From contig NIVC01004203.1 in assembly GCA_002269645.1 (NCBI GenBank), forward strand, positions 1 through 55,418: 55,418 bases of DNA, written 5' to 3'. Below the pieces are notes generated by a model. That model was not told the DNA's origin and ran no database searches. It worked only from the letters and a program-made list of their open reading frames with translations. The DNA comes from Macrostomum lignano. Taxonomy: Eukaryota. The stretch's first letter is position 1; each line of letters opens with the position of its first letter. Of this stretch, positions 34,341-44,925 are shown one piece after another. The position numbers and the translations under genes were made by a program.

Positions 34341-35990
34341 TTTGGTGTCTGGACAAAGGTGTCTGGGAAATGGGGGTATGAAACATATTCCCCACTGATT
34401 CTAGCTTTCCGCCAGTCAATAAGCAAGACCCTCGTGCTTTTACCACTTGATAAGAAGATTATACGTACTTTAGAGCATAATGACCGCAGTCACTCTATTT
34501 TGGTGTCGCAGTCACTGATTTAGGCACCGCAGGCATTCATTTTGGCACCGCAGGAAGGAGAACAAAGCAACGCAAGGAATGCATTGGAACACTTAGTGGA
34601 CTTGTGAACCTGTGAAGATGCCAATACAAAACGCATGACTGCTCCATGCGTATTCTAGCAGTGCCGAAGCTGAGAGATTGGATAACAAAACTGAGAACTT
34701 TTTATTTGAAGTCCGACTTACATACAAGTACTTTGAGTTACGCGAGTTCAGAAAGCTCTCTTGCAGGTACATGAGAGACGAGAGACAGGTTACGCAGGTA
34801 AGAAGTGTTTGCTATTGTTAATTCAGGTACTTTTGAAGCGACATCAAGTACCCGGCATACGCAGCTGCCCCCTGTTTTGTAGGAATATTACGGCCTTACT
34901 GATGACGTCGCATCCATTAGGAGCTCGCGTTTCAACAGCTCAGAAACGTCAGCTCGCTCGCTCGGGTTCTTCATCATATAGTAACGATAAGCATTCGACA
35001 AAGCTCCTCTCGACAGAGGCAGCATCTCAAAGTTGTGGATTCAGTCCGGCAACTTCTGGTCCTTGAGCTCGTAATATTGGTATACGTCATTTCAAGCTGA
35101 GACAAAACCAACCGATGATCTTGGCAATGCCTTTGTCAGAATAGCATTATCACCATTCAGATCCCTGTGCAGAAGGTTTATTTGATGCGCTCTGATTCAC
35201 CTGGGCGGATATGCTCAGCGAATCACTTCTCATCCAAGTATCTCTTCCGGTTACATGGCATGATGGCAGCTCAGAAATGCAGAAACCGACTTTTTTCCGC
35301 GCATTGTCCCGGTTCATAAATCTGGAAAAATTCAATATTTCTGTTTTTGGATGCATCTCAGTGTAGCTCAACTCCGACTTTTTCATTTTTCCCACCCTTT
35401 CCTGCTTGAACCGATATCTCCAGATTGAACCTGCATGAGAACCTTGACAGTGATGTCGGACTTGATGCTTGTTGTCAGTTACACTCTGATCCAACTACCA
35501 TCTTTTTTGCAAAGGAGCCTCTATACGAGGTAATGCATATTTCGTAATGGGGTGTCTACAGAGCCCCTGATATTATCATAACCCCTAATGTGATATACCC
35601 TAAATTTCACAACCCCAGAAATTTCACACTAAGGCCTAAAAACGATTTTTTGACAACTTTCACTTCCTCTAAATTCCGTAAAGCCGAAATTTCTTAGCAT
35701 CTAAAGTACTAACTGTTTATGAAATTTAGGGTTCGTGTTTTGCCCCATTGAGTCAGGATGAAGCTGTCCGGTGTAAAGTGCTATTGCATTCTTAAGTAAT
35801 GTTTATTGTTATAGTATATGAGATACGCTCATATAGTCATTAGTGGTTTTCAATCGTACCAGAGGAGGTCCTGAACTCTCAACAAACTCACTCACGATTG
35901 GTTGGGCGATTCCACGAAAAAAATGGCGAGTAACCCAAGTAAATAGCAATAAGTTTGTCTGCCAGAGCACAGAGCAGAACCGCCTCCACC

Positions 35991-37715
35991 ATGACTGACG
36001 GCGGCAATGCGAGCAGCGAACTGCGGATGCGGTTCCTGGAGATGGGAATGAGAATGATGGCAGATTGCGACAGCGGACAGGCCTCCCGGACGCTCAATTG
36101 CGCCTTGTCCATCGTATCTGGAGCCTTGTCAGCTGTGCTCGTACCGCTGCTGCTGCTCATTGGAGTCCTGGGCAACCTGCTCGTAGCTCACATCATGCTG
36201 GCTCGGCTGAGACCGCTCACCAGGCAGAACCTGTACCTCGGCTGCATCGCCATCGCGGACCTGATATCGCTGATTTTCAACGGCACATTCAACGGTCTGC
36301 TGAACAAGGGCCTGCCGTGGCTGACCAGAGGTCGAGTGTCCTTTATGCTCTACAACCTGAGCGATGCCGGCTGCAGAGCTGCGCGAGGAGTAACAAATGT
36401 ATTGCAGGTGCTGACCTGCCTCTGGCTCCTGGTGCTGGTCAACGACAGGGTGCTGGTGGTGCTGCGGCCGCTGGCCATGAAGCAGGTGGGCCGGCGCTGG
36501 GCTGGAGGAGCCCTGCTGCTCAGCCTGCTCAGCACGGTGCTCATCGCATTGCCAAGCAGTCTGCTGACAGGCCACCAATATGCCTGTTTTCCTCGCACCG
36601 CGCTCATCTACTGCTACACGGCTCCGCATGCCCGTGAGTTCATGCTGTTCTACACGCTGATCGTCTCCTATCCTCCGACAGTGTTCATCTTCATCATCCT
36701 GCTGCTGGACTTGCTGTTGATCAACAAGGTCAGCTCTGCGCTCAAAGTACGGCGCTCCCTGACCTCCGGCCAGCAGCAGGCCAGGGGCGCGGCCACGAGC
36801 GGCACTGTGGTGGTGCTCATCATCGGGTGCGCGTACCTGGCGCTGCACGCACCGCTGATTGTTGCCAGGCCGATGCTGGAATTCGCCTTCGACAATCTCG
36901 GCCGCAACGGAGATTTGAGTCGTATCTCCGTGATTGGGAATCTGAACTACGCCTTCATTTGCCTGGCCCTGGTGAACCAGTGCGTCAGCGTCTTCGTGCT
37001 GCTGTCCCGCAACGCACAGTTCAAGCAGGCCGCCAAGGAGCTGCTACACTGCCGCGGCGGTGGCGATGGCCCGAGGAGAAGATGCTCAGCCTACGGTGTT
37101 CCCGAGCTCCAGCCTGGGAAAGATGCTCAGCCTACGGTGTTCCCGAGCTCCAGCCTGGGAAAGATGCTCAGCCTACGGTGTTCCCGAGCTCCAGCCTGGG
37201 AAAGATGCTCAGCCTACGGTGTTCCCGAGCTCCAGCCTGGGAACCCTTGTCAGTCCCGGCGCCCCGAGCTCCAGCCTGGGAACCCTTGTCAGTCCCGGCG
37301 CCCCGAGCTCCAGCCTGGGAACCCTTGTCAGTCCCGGCGCCCCGAGCTCCAGCCTGGGAACCCTTGTCAGTCCCGGCGCCCCGAGCTCCAGCCTGGGAAC
37401 CCTTGTCAGTCCCGGCGCCCCGAGCTCCAGCCTGGGAACCCTTGTCAGTCCCGGCGCCCCGAGCTCCAACCTGGGAACCCTTGTCAGTCCCGGCGCCCCG
37501 AGCTCCAGCCTGGGAACCCTTGTCAGTCCCGGCGCCCCGAGCTCCAACCTGGGAACCCTTGTCAGTCCCGGCGCCCCGAGCTCCAGCCTGGGAACCCTTG
37601 TCAGTCCCGGCGCCGAAACACAGCGTCAGCAGCTGTCAGTCGGAGACCGCCGATTCCGATGGCGAATCTTGCCTTGACAAGCCGTGGCACCGAAGCTCCG
37701 GCTGATCGGAGTTGA
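35991..37715 (+). CDS. Intronless rhodopsin-like (class A) orphan GPCR, copy 1, with a repeat-extended C-tail (574 aa)
   Basis: CCACCATG start; seven hydrophobic segments; GVLGN, NLYL..IAIADL, C in TM3, DRV in place of DRY, P in TM5 and TM6. Confidence 0.85.
   Translation: MTDGGNASSELRMRFLEMGMRMMADCDSGQASRTLNCALSIVSGALSAVLVPLLLLIGVLGNLLVAHIMLARLRPLTRQNLYLGCIAIADLISLIFNGTFNGLLNKGLPWLTRGRVSFMLYNLSDAGCRAARGVTNVLQVLTCLWLLVLVNDRVLVVLRPLAMKQVGRRWAGGALLLSLLSTVLIALPSSLLTGHQYACFPRTALIYCYTAPHAREFMLFYTLIVSYPPTVFIFIILLLDLLLINKVSSALKVRRSLTSGQQQARGAATSGTVVVLIIGCAYLALHAPLIVARPMLEFAFDNLGRNGDLSRISVIGNLNYAFICLALVNQCVSVFVLLSRNAQFKQAAKELLHCRGGGDGPRRRCSAYGVPELQPGKDAQPTVFPSSSLGKMLSLRCSRAPAWERCSAYGVPELQPGNPCQSRRPELQPGNPCQSRRPELQPGNPCQSRRPELQPGNPCQSRRPELQPGNPCQSRRPELQPGNPCQSRRPELQPGNPCQSRRPELQPGNPCQSRRPELQPGNPCQSRRPELQPGNPCQSRRRNTASAAVSRRPPIPMANLALTSRGTEAPADRS
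37081..37613 (+). repeat. Coding repeats in the GPCR C-tail: 41-bp unit x4 starts, then 39-bp unit x10 (PELQPGNPCQSRR)
   Basis: 41-nt starts at 37081, 37122, 37163 and 37204; 39-nt units span 37224-37613. Confidence 0.92.
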
Positions 37716-38454
37716 ACGACAGCTGACAGATTCAACAGATTTTCCGTTGTACTTTTAGCGAGCACCCGCACGCACACCAAGATTTCTATAATTGCACCCT
37801 AAAATAACGGAACAAAATCCGCTGTGTTGTCGAGCCTGGGGGTTGTCAAGGGATGTGAAAATGAAGGGCCAATACCTCATGGCCTCTGTACACCCCTGTG
37901 AGAGCTGTGTGCCTTCGTGTACGTCTCTGTGTACGCGTGCACCTTGATCTGTGGCAGAGTTCCGAGCCCCTGTGAACTGACAAATCTGTTGCTGGCTCTG
38001 TGACACTGCTAAACCCCATCAGCTTTAATCCTATTAATCATTAATTATTAATTTTCTGGAGTCCAGATTGTACTTTCACCTAAATCTACCGGAAAGGAAT
38101 CTAGCTCGTAGCTAATAAAAAAATCTAAAGCAGAAGTTCTGAGGAGGAACTGAAATCCCTTATCCATCCCCAAGTGCACGAAATTTTCTTTGTTCTGCGC
38201 TAGTTTTTTTCCGGATTGGATGCCAAGCAAGGATTCGAGTTGCAGCCTTCTCAAATATTGTTCGTGCAGCTTTGACTCGAATTGAGAAACACGAATAGAC
38301 TTCGAGTTTTTTTAAGATGAGCATGCAACATTAGTCTCAGTTACAAAGGAAAGGTTCAGTTAACAGTCGTGTTTGGGAGGCTTAAAACACCGGAAAAGTC
38401 GTGTGAGCCAAATCAGCAAGGAATACTAAGGTCGTCTTTGCACAGAGGTCTTAA

Positions 38455-38965
38455 ATGAATGCAGCACCAGCTGCAATGCAACACCAGCTGCAATGCAACA
38501 CCAGCTGCAATGCAACACCAGCTGCAATGCAGCACCAGCTGCAATGCAACCCCAGCTGCAATGCAACACCAGCTGCAATGCAATACCAGCTGCAATGCAA
38601 CACCAGCTGCAATGCAACACCAGCTGCAATGCAACACCAGCTGCAATGCAACACCAGCTGCAATGCAACACCAGCTGCAATGCAACACCAGCTGCAATGC
38701 AACACCAGCTGCAATGCAACACCAGCTGCAATGCAACACCAGCTGCAATGCAACACCAGCTGCAATGCAACACCAGCTGCAATGCAACACCAGCTGCAAT
38801 GCAACACCAGCTGCAATGCAACACCAGCTGCAATGCAACACCAGCTGCAATGCAACACCAGCTGCAATGCAACACCAGCTTCAATGCAACACCAGCTGCA
38901 ATGCAACACCAGCTTCAATGCAACACCAGCTGCAATGCAACACCAGCTGCAATGCAACACCAGCA
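38455..38965. repeat. 17-bp minisatellite (TGCAATGCAACACCAGC), ~30 copies
   Basis: Tandem units; explains several overlapping ORFs. Confidence 0.95.
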
Positions 38966-39564
38966 TTGTACAGAAATTTTGTACAGAATTGTACAGAATT
39001 GTACAGAATACAGAAATACAGAAATTTCTCAATCGACCGAAAGCATCCGGGTGTGCAGAGCAGACGGTTTCTCCTGACCGAGGAGCGGTGACGCTCAGAA
39101 TTCCAAATCCTAAGTGCTTGAATAAGCTGGCGAACTTGCAGAAACTCTGGGAAAGAAAATCCATTCTAAATTTAAACACACTTGAGTAGCAAATGGCATT
39201 CATAGCTTGCTTTTGGGCCAACAGAATTTCATCCTCTCTATGCTTTTTAAAGAGTTTCCAATTTCACAAAACGTTTCTGAAGAATAATCGCCCTCGCAAC
39301 CCCATCGAATCTGCTCAAAGTCGGAGCATGTCATATTCTGCGCTGTCATGCCGACCTTTTCACGTTAATGCGAGCTATTTCAAGCTACTTTAATTGCTCC
39401 GTGGCGAAGGAAAGTCGCCTACGCTTGTAAACTGAAAATATCCCTGAAGAACCAGCCCAAAAGCATCACCCCAGCATCGCCACAGCATCACCCAGCATCA
39501 ACTCAGCACCTCAGCATCAACCCAGCACCTCAGCATCACCCAGCGTAACCCCCAGCATCACCCC

Positions 39565-39985
39565 AGCACAGCGCCACTCCAACACAGCGCCACTCCAACA
39601 CAGCGCCACTCCAACACAGCGCCACTCCAACACAGCGCCACTCCAACACAGCGCCACTCCAACACAGCGCCACTCCAACACAGCGCCACTCCAACACAGC
39701 GCCACTCCAACACAGCGCCACTCCAACACAGCGCCACTCCAACACAGCGCCACTCCAACACAGCGCCACTCCAACACAGCGCCACTCCAACACAGCGCCA
39801 CTCCAACACAGCGCCACTCCAACACAGCGCCACTCCAACACAGCGCCACTCCAACACAGCGCCACTCCAACACAGCGCCACTCCAACACAGCGCAATCTC
39901 AGCACAGCACCACTCCAACACAGCGCCATCCCAGCACAGCCCCATCTCAGCACAGCGCCACTCCAACACAGCGCCATCCCAGCAC
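39565..39985. repeat. 16-bp minisatellite (CAGCGCCACTCCAACA)
   Basis: About 20 perfect units, preceded by degenerate cagcatca repeats at ~39460-39560. Confidence 0.95.
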
Positions 39986-40301
39986 GAAAAATCCTCGCCC
40001 TTAAAGTCTCGTCAGGAGAAGCTAAAATTGTCATCCATAGAACTGGCTACTAGCAGTAGTATAGGCTTACAAACCATAAGCACATTTTTGTGCATCTAGC
40101 TTCTACTTCGAATGCTTCAAGACTCGGAGGCAGAGTTCAGCTTGGAACTTGAGCCACCATTGGTCGATATCTCAAACGAATCAACGAAGATTCTCGAACA
40201 TCAGGACGGAGCCGCCTAACTATAGATAAAATGAGTTGCAGTGGATGGAAGCAACAGAAAACCTGCCATCCATGCAATCCGAAGCCTAAAGCGGTTGAAC
40301 A

Positions 40302-41516
40302 ATGAACGTCAATGTCAGCGCCCCGCTGCGAGTGCAGTTTCTTGAGAGCGGCCTGGGAATGGTGAGAGACTGCGCCAGCGGGAAGGTCTCTCGCATGACC
40401 AACTGCGTCCTGTCCATCGTGTCCGGAGCTCTGTCTGCCGTAGTCATGCCAGTGCTGCTCCTGGTTGGAACCGTGGGAAACATCCTGGTTGCCGTGGTCA
40501 TGCTGGCTCGCCTTCGGCCGCTCACCAGGCAGAACCTGTACCTCGGCTGCATCGCCTTTGCGGACCTGCTGTCGCTGGTTGTCAATGGCGGAATGTTCGG
40601 CTTGGTGAACAAAGGCCTCCCGTGGCTGACCAAAGGCCGGGTGTCCTTCATGCTGTACAACCTCAGCGACATCGCCTGCAGAGCGTCGAGGGGCCTGACG
40701 AACTTTCTACACTTGCTGACCTGCCTGTGGCTCCTGGTGCTGGTCAGCGACCGGGTGCTGGTGGTGCTGCGACCGCTGGCTATGAAGCAGGTGGGCCGGC
40801 GCTGGGCCGGAGGAGCCCTGCTGCTCAGCCTGCTCGTGGCAGCGCTCGCCTGCGTGCCGAACATCGTCTTCACCGGGCATCAGTACATATACGCTCGGGG
40901 AGCTGCCTTCGTTTCTTGCTACCACCTGCCGCAGTCCCGGATGTTCATGATGTTTTTCACGACTATCGTCTCCAATCCTCCCACACTGTTCATTCTCGCG
41001 ATCCTTGTGCTTGACCTGGTACTCATCTACAAGGTTGCCACTGTGCTCAGGAAACGCAGCGCCCTGACATCTGGACAGCCGCAGCCGGGCGGAAGCGACA
41101 TGAGCGGGACTATGATCGTGCTCATTCTTGGCTGCATCTACCTGGTGCTGCACGCGCCGCTGATGATCGTCCGTCCGATCTTGGAGGTGGCTCTGGATAC
41201 GATGGACATCCTTCGGAATGAGAATTACATAACTAGGTTGGCCAACCTGGCCTACTCCAGCATGTGCCTGGCCCTGGTGAACCAGTGCGTCAGCGTCTTC
41301 GTGCTGCTGTCCCGCAGCGCCCAGTTCAAGCAGGCCGCCACGCAGCTGCTCCGCTGCCGCGGCCGCGGTCGCAGCGGCAGTCGGCAGCGAGCCGTGGCCT
41401 ACGAACTACCGGAAGTCCGGTCCGGGGGAGCCTCTCGATCGCAGCACCGGAGCGCCGCTTCGACGACGCGCCGGGACGCCTCAACCAGCGAGGCGGCGAC
41501 GGGGAGGAAGCAGTGA
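40302..41516 (+). CDS. Intronless rhodopsin-like orphan GPCR, copy 2 (404 aa)
   Basis: Clear paralog of 35991-37715 (e.g. RLRPLTRQNLYLGCIA, DRVLVVLRPLAMKQVGRRW, ALVNQCVSVFVLLSR); no repeat tail. Confidence 0.88.
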   Translation: MNVNVSAPLRVQFLESGLGMVRDCASGKVSRMTNCVLSIVSGALSAVVMPVLLLVGTVGNILVAVVMLARLRPLTRQNLYLGCIAFADLLSLVVNGGMFGLVNKGLPWLTKGRVSFMLYNLSDIACRASRGLTNFLHLLTCLWLLVLVSDRVLVVLRPLAMKQVGRRWAGGALLLSLLVAALACVPNIVFTGHQYIYARGAAFVSCYHLPQSRMFMMFFTTIVSNPPTLFILAILVLDLVLIYKVATVLRKRSALTSGQPQPGGSDMSGTMIVLILGCIYLVLHAPLMIVRPILEVALDTMDILRNENYITRLANLAYSSMCLALVNQCVSVFVLLSRSAQFKQAATQLLRCRGRGRSGSRQRAVAYELPEVRSGGASRSQHRSAASTTRRDASTSEAATGRKQ

Positions 41517-41629
41517 CCGTTTCTTGAATTTTTAGAACCTCTTGTACACCTTTTGTCTCTTGTAAATTTTTACTGTTTATTGTTACAGTAATCAAATTTT
41601 AGTTGTTATAATCCTTTACTTTTTGTTGT

Positions 41630-42305
41630 TGTAATCCGTTGATTTAGCTGCTATAATCCTTTGATTTAGCTGTTATAATCCGTTAATTTAGCTACTATAA
41701 TCCTTTGATTTAGCTGTTATAATCCGTTGATTTAGCTGCTATAATCCTTTGATTTAGCTGTTATAATCCGTTGATTTAGCTGCTATAATCCTTTGATTTA
41801 GCTGTTATAATCCATTGATTTAGCTGTTATAATCCTTTGATTTAGCTGTTATAATCCTTTGATTTAGCTGTTATAATCCGTTGATTTAGCTGCTATAATC
41901 CTTTGATTTAGCTGTTATAATCTTTTGATTTAGCTGTTATAATCCTTTGATTTAGCTGTTATAATCCGTTGATTTAGCTGTTATAATCTTTTGATTTAGC
42001 TGTTATAATCTTTTGATTTAGCTGTTATAATCCGTTGATTTAGCTGTTATAATCCGTTGATTTAGCTGTTATAATCCTTTGATTTAGCTGTTATAATCCT
42101 TTGATTTAGCTGCTATAATCCTTTGATTTAGCTGTTATAATCTTTTGATTTAGCTGTTATAATCCGTTGATTTAGCTGTTATAATCCTTTGATTTAGCTG
42201 TTATAATCCTTTACTTTTAGCTGTTATAATCCGTTGATTTAGCTGTTATAATCCTTTGATTTAGCTGTTATAATCCTTTACTTTTAGCTGTTATAATCCT
42301 TTGTT
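41630..42305. repeat. 22-bp minisatellite (TGATTTAGCTGTTATAATCC(G/T)T), ~30 copies
   Basis: Tandem units. Confidence 0.95.
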
Positions 42306-44409
42306 GTTTGCTGTTTACTGTTATTATAATACAGAATAAATGTTATAAATAACCTGATGACTAAATGTAACTAAATTCCTCACATAGTCAACTTCTTATT
42401 GTGTCAATTCCTCACGAGTCAATTCCTCACTGATTTAATGATGCCTTGCACATTTCGATCTGGAATTCAAGGTATTTAACTACCCAATATACTCGTTCTA
42501 AATTCGTCACTTCCGAATTGTCCTTTGATGATCGGAAGAAAGCCTGCAAAATTCTTCAATTTTTACCGAATCGGATATTTCCCTAAGGAGAAGCTTTTTT
42601 AAGAGTGAAACTCGACTCTTGTCACGAACTGCGCTCCTTCCTCCTTTGTTCCCTTTTCGACTGGAGCTGTCAGTCAGCAAGAGAGTCAAGTTCGATCAGG
42701 CAGGTGGCAACCGACTGATTCTCACATGGAAGCAGCAGGTGCTGATCTCAGCTTTTCAATCCCGAAAATTGAATTTCTTCTGCTCAAGGACTACTCAAGT
42801 AGGACTGGAAACTTCGTTTCAAGGAAAATTTTGGAAGGCCTTTGTTACCGAAAAATACGCTACGGAAAATGGAGATTTTCATTTTCAATTTGTAATTGCC
42901 TTTGATAGCGGGCAGACTCAATGTTCATCTTTAGGTATGAATTGGTTTTTTGTTTATAAAATAAGGATTGTAAGGTTAATATTATATCTTACGTACGAGC
43001 TACAATGTCCCGTGCCGAAAAAATCATAAAAATGGCTTTCGGCTAGAACAATGAGAAGACAAAACAATGATTTTACTGCTAAAATAGTAAAATTTTAATA
43101 AAATTTTTGTTTCTACGCGCAGAACAATTTTTGCGCATTACTACTGACTTTATGCTGATAGTAGGAAATTGTGAGAATGATGTCCCGTGTAGCTAAGTTA
43201 ATTATTTATCAAAAATAGCTTCTTTACATTTGTCAGGCTCCATATCTTTGTTTAATCTTGACTTTGACTCCATGCTTTAATCCCCTATAGAGGGGATCAG
43301 GGCTGCCCTGGGCAGTCGGCTGCAGGGCCATAAATTTCAACTGGAGCTGCAGCTCACACTGACAGCAGAACCCCATGCCAGCATGCTCAGGGCTGTGCAT
43401 TGCAGTTCATGGCCTGCGCAGTCTGGGGATCAATGAATCAATTGCCGAGCAATGCAGTGCTGCAAATCCCCCAGCCCAACACTCCCAAATCCTCCCATGC
43501 TGAGAAGCCGGCTCAAAAATAGCCACCATAAGCTCTGTATGGAAGCTGCACAGCCTGCACTAAGTCCATTTTTAAAACCTACACAATCCAAGCTTTTAGT
43601 GAAATAAGTAAGGCTAAAATTTAAACTGACGTGTTTCTAATTTAATAAATGACATTAAGACAGATAAAAAAGCATTTTTTATCTATTTCTGTGCCTCCTT
43701 ATTAAAAGGTACCAAAACTCTCAGGTGTGGATGCCAGATACCATGCATATTTTTAGAAATTTCGTCAGAAGCTGAACTATGATTAACGAGCGTCACCTGA
43801 GGCTGCGGGCCCGCCAGTCTGCCTTGGCTGCACTTTTCAACTGGACTCAAGTCATTATTTTGCCGGGTGAGCCCCCTGGGCAGGGCAATCTTCTTAATTT
43901 CTGCTGAAGCAGTTTATACAATACAATTCTGTTTTCTTGTTTACGAGCTTTACAGCCAAGCGCCACCCCACCGTCTCGAGACTAGGGGGGGGGGGGCGGC
44001 CGAACCGCACGCAGAGCTCTTTCTCATCGAGCTTTCGCATTCTCACGCATTCAGGTGGGTCAAACTGCTGCTGCACAAGAAGACCGACTCAAGGACTCGG
44101 GGTGGCGCCCCCCGCCCGCCCACGGGACCCAATGCAATATTCTATAGTTACATCAGACCATTCTGCAGCCACCTAAAACCGCTCACTGACCTTATACTGG
44201 AATTTTGTTCGGTGTTTTATGGTCCCGCCCAAGTTTACAAGTTTGAGTAATAAATAAACTGAGAACTCGATACTCGCTTTGCTTCGTGGCATGCAAGCTG
44301 TGGCAACAGATGCGTGCGAGGCTGGGTGAGGGGCTGAGTTGAATGGGAGAAAAGCGAGTGAAGATTTGGGTCTAGTGAATGAGGTTTCGAAGTTACTTCT
44401 GTGAAACAA

Positions 44410-44925
44410 ATATCGGGTCTGTGAATGAAGCATCGTGTCTGTGAATGAAACTCGTCTGTGAATGAAACATCGAGTCTGTGAATAAAGGATCGGGTCTGTG
44501 AATGAAACATCGGGTCTGTGAATGAAAAATCGGGTCTGTGAATGAAAAATCGAGTCTGTGAATAAAGGATCGGGTCTGTGAATGAAACATCGGGTCTGTG
44601 AATGAAACATCGGGTCTGTGAATAAAGGATCGGGTCTGTGAATGAAAAATCGAGTCTGTGAATAAAGGATCGGGTCTGTGAATGAAACATCGGGTCTGTG
44701 AATGAAACATCGGGTCTGTGAATAAAGGATCGGGTCTGTGAATGAAACATCGGGTCTGTGAATAAAGGATCGGGTCTGTGAATGAAAAATCGAGTCTGTG
44801 AATAAAGGATCGGGTCTGTGAATGAAACATCGGGTCTGTGAATGAAACATCGGGTCTGTGAATGCAACATCGGGTCTATGAATGAAAAATCGGGTCTGTG
44901 AATGAAAAATCGGGTCTGTGAATAA
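44410..44925. repeat. 20-bp minisatellite (ATCGGGTCTGTGAATGAAAC), ~25 copies
   Basis: Tandem units. Confidence 0.95.

Noticed and set aside
34899-34950. Hammerhead ribozyme (CTGATGA...GAAA)
   Set aside because: No stem II pairing between the two core halves and no stem I/III with a cleavage triplet was found.
35150-35494. 114-aa ORF upstream of the GPCR
   Set aside because: No domain signature or codon bias like the real genes; not supportable.
10526-36530. Identical 21-mer GCCCTGCTGCTCAGCCTGCTC in the 5-TM genes and the GPCRs as a sign of gene conversion or homology
   Set aside because: It encodes ALLLSLL with the locally preferred codons and the flanks are unrelated; codon bias explains it.
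33557-44925. Regular 16-24-bp arrays as CRISPR arrays or as repeat-protein genes
   Set aside because: Head-to-tail units with no unique spacers, no cas genes and a eukaryotic context; the long ORFs are open in several frames on both strands simply because the units lack stops.
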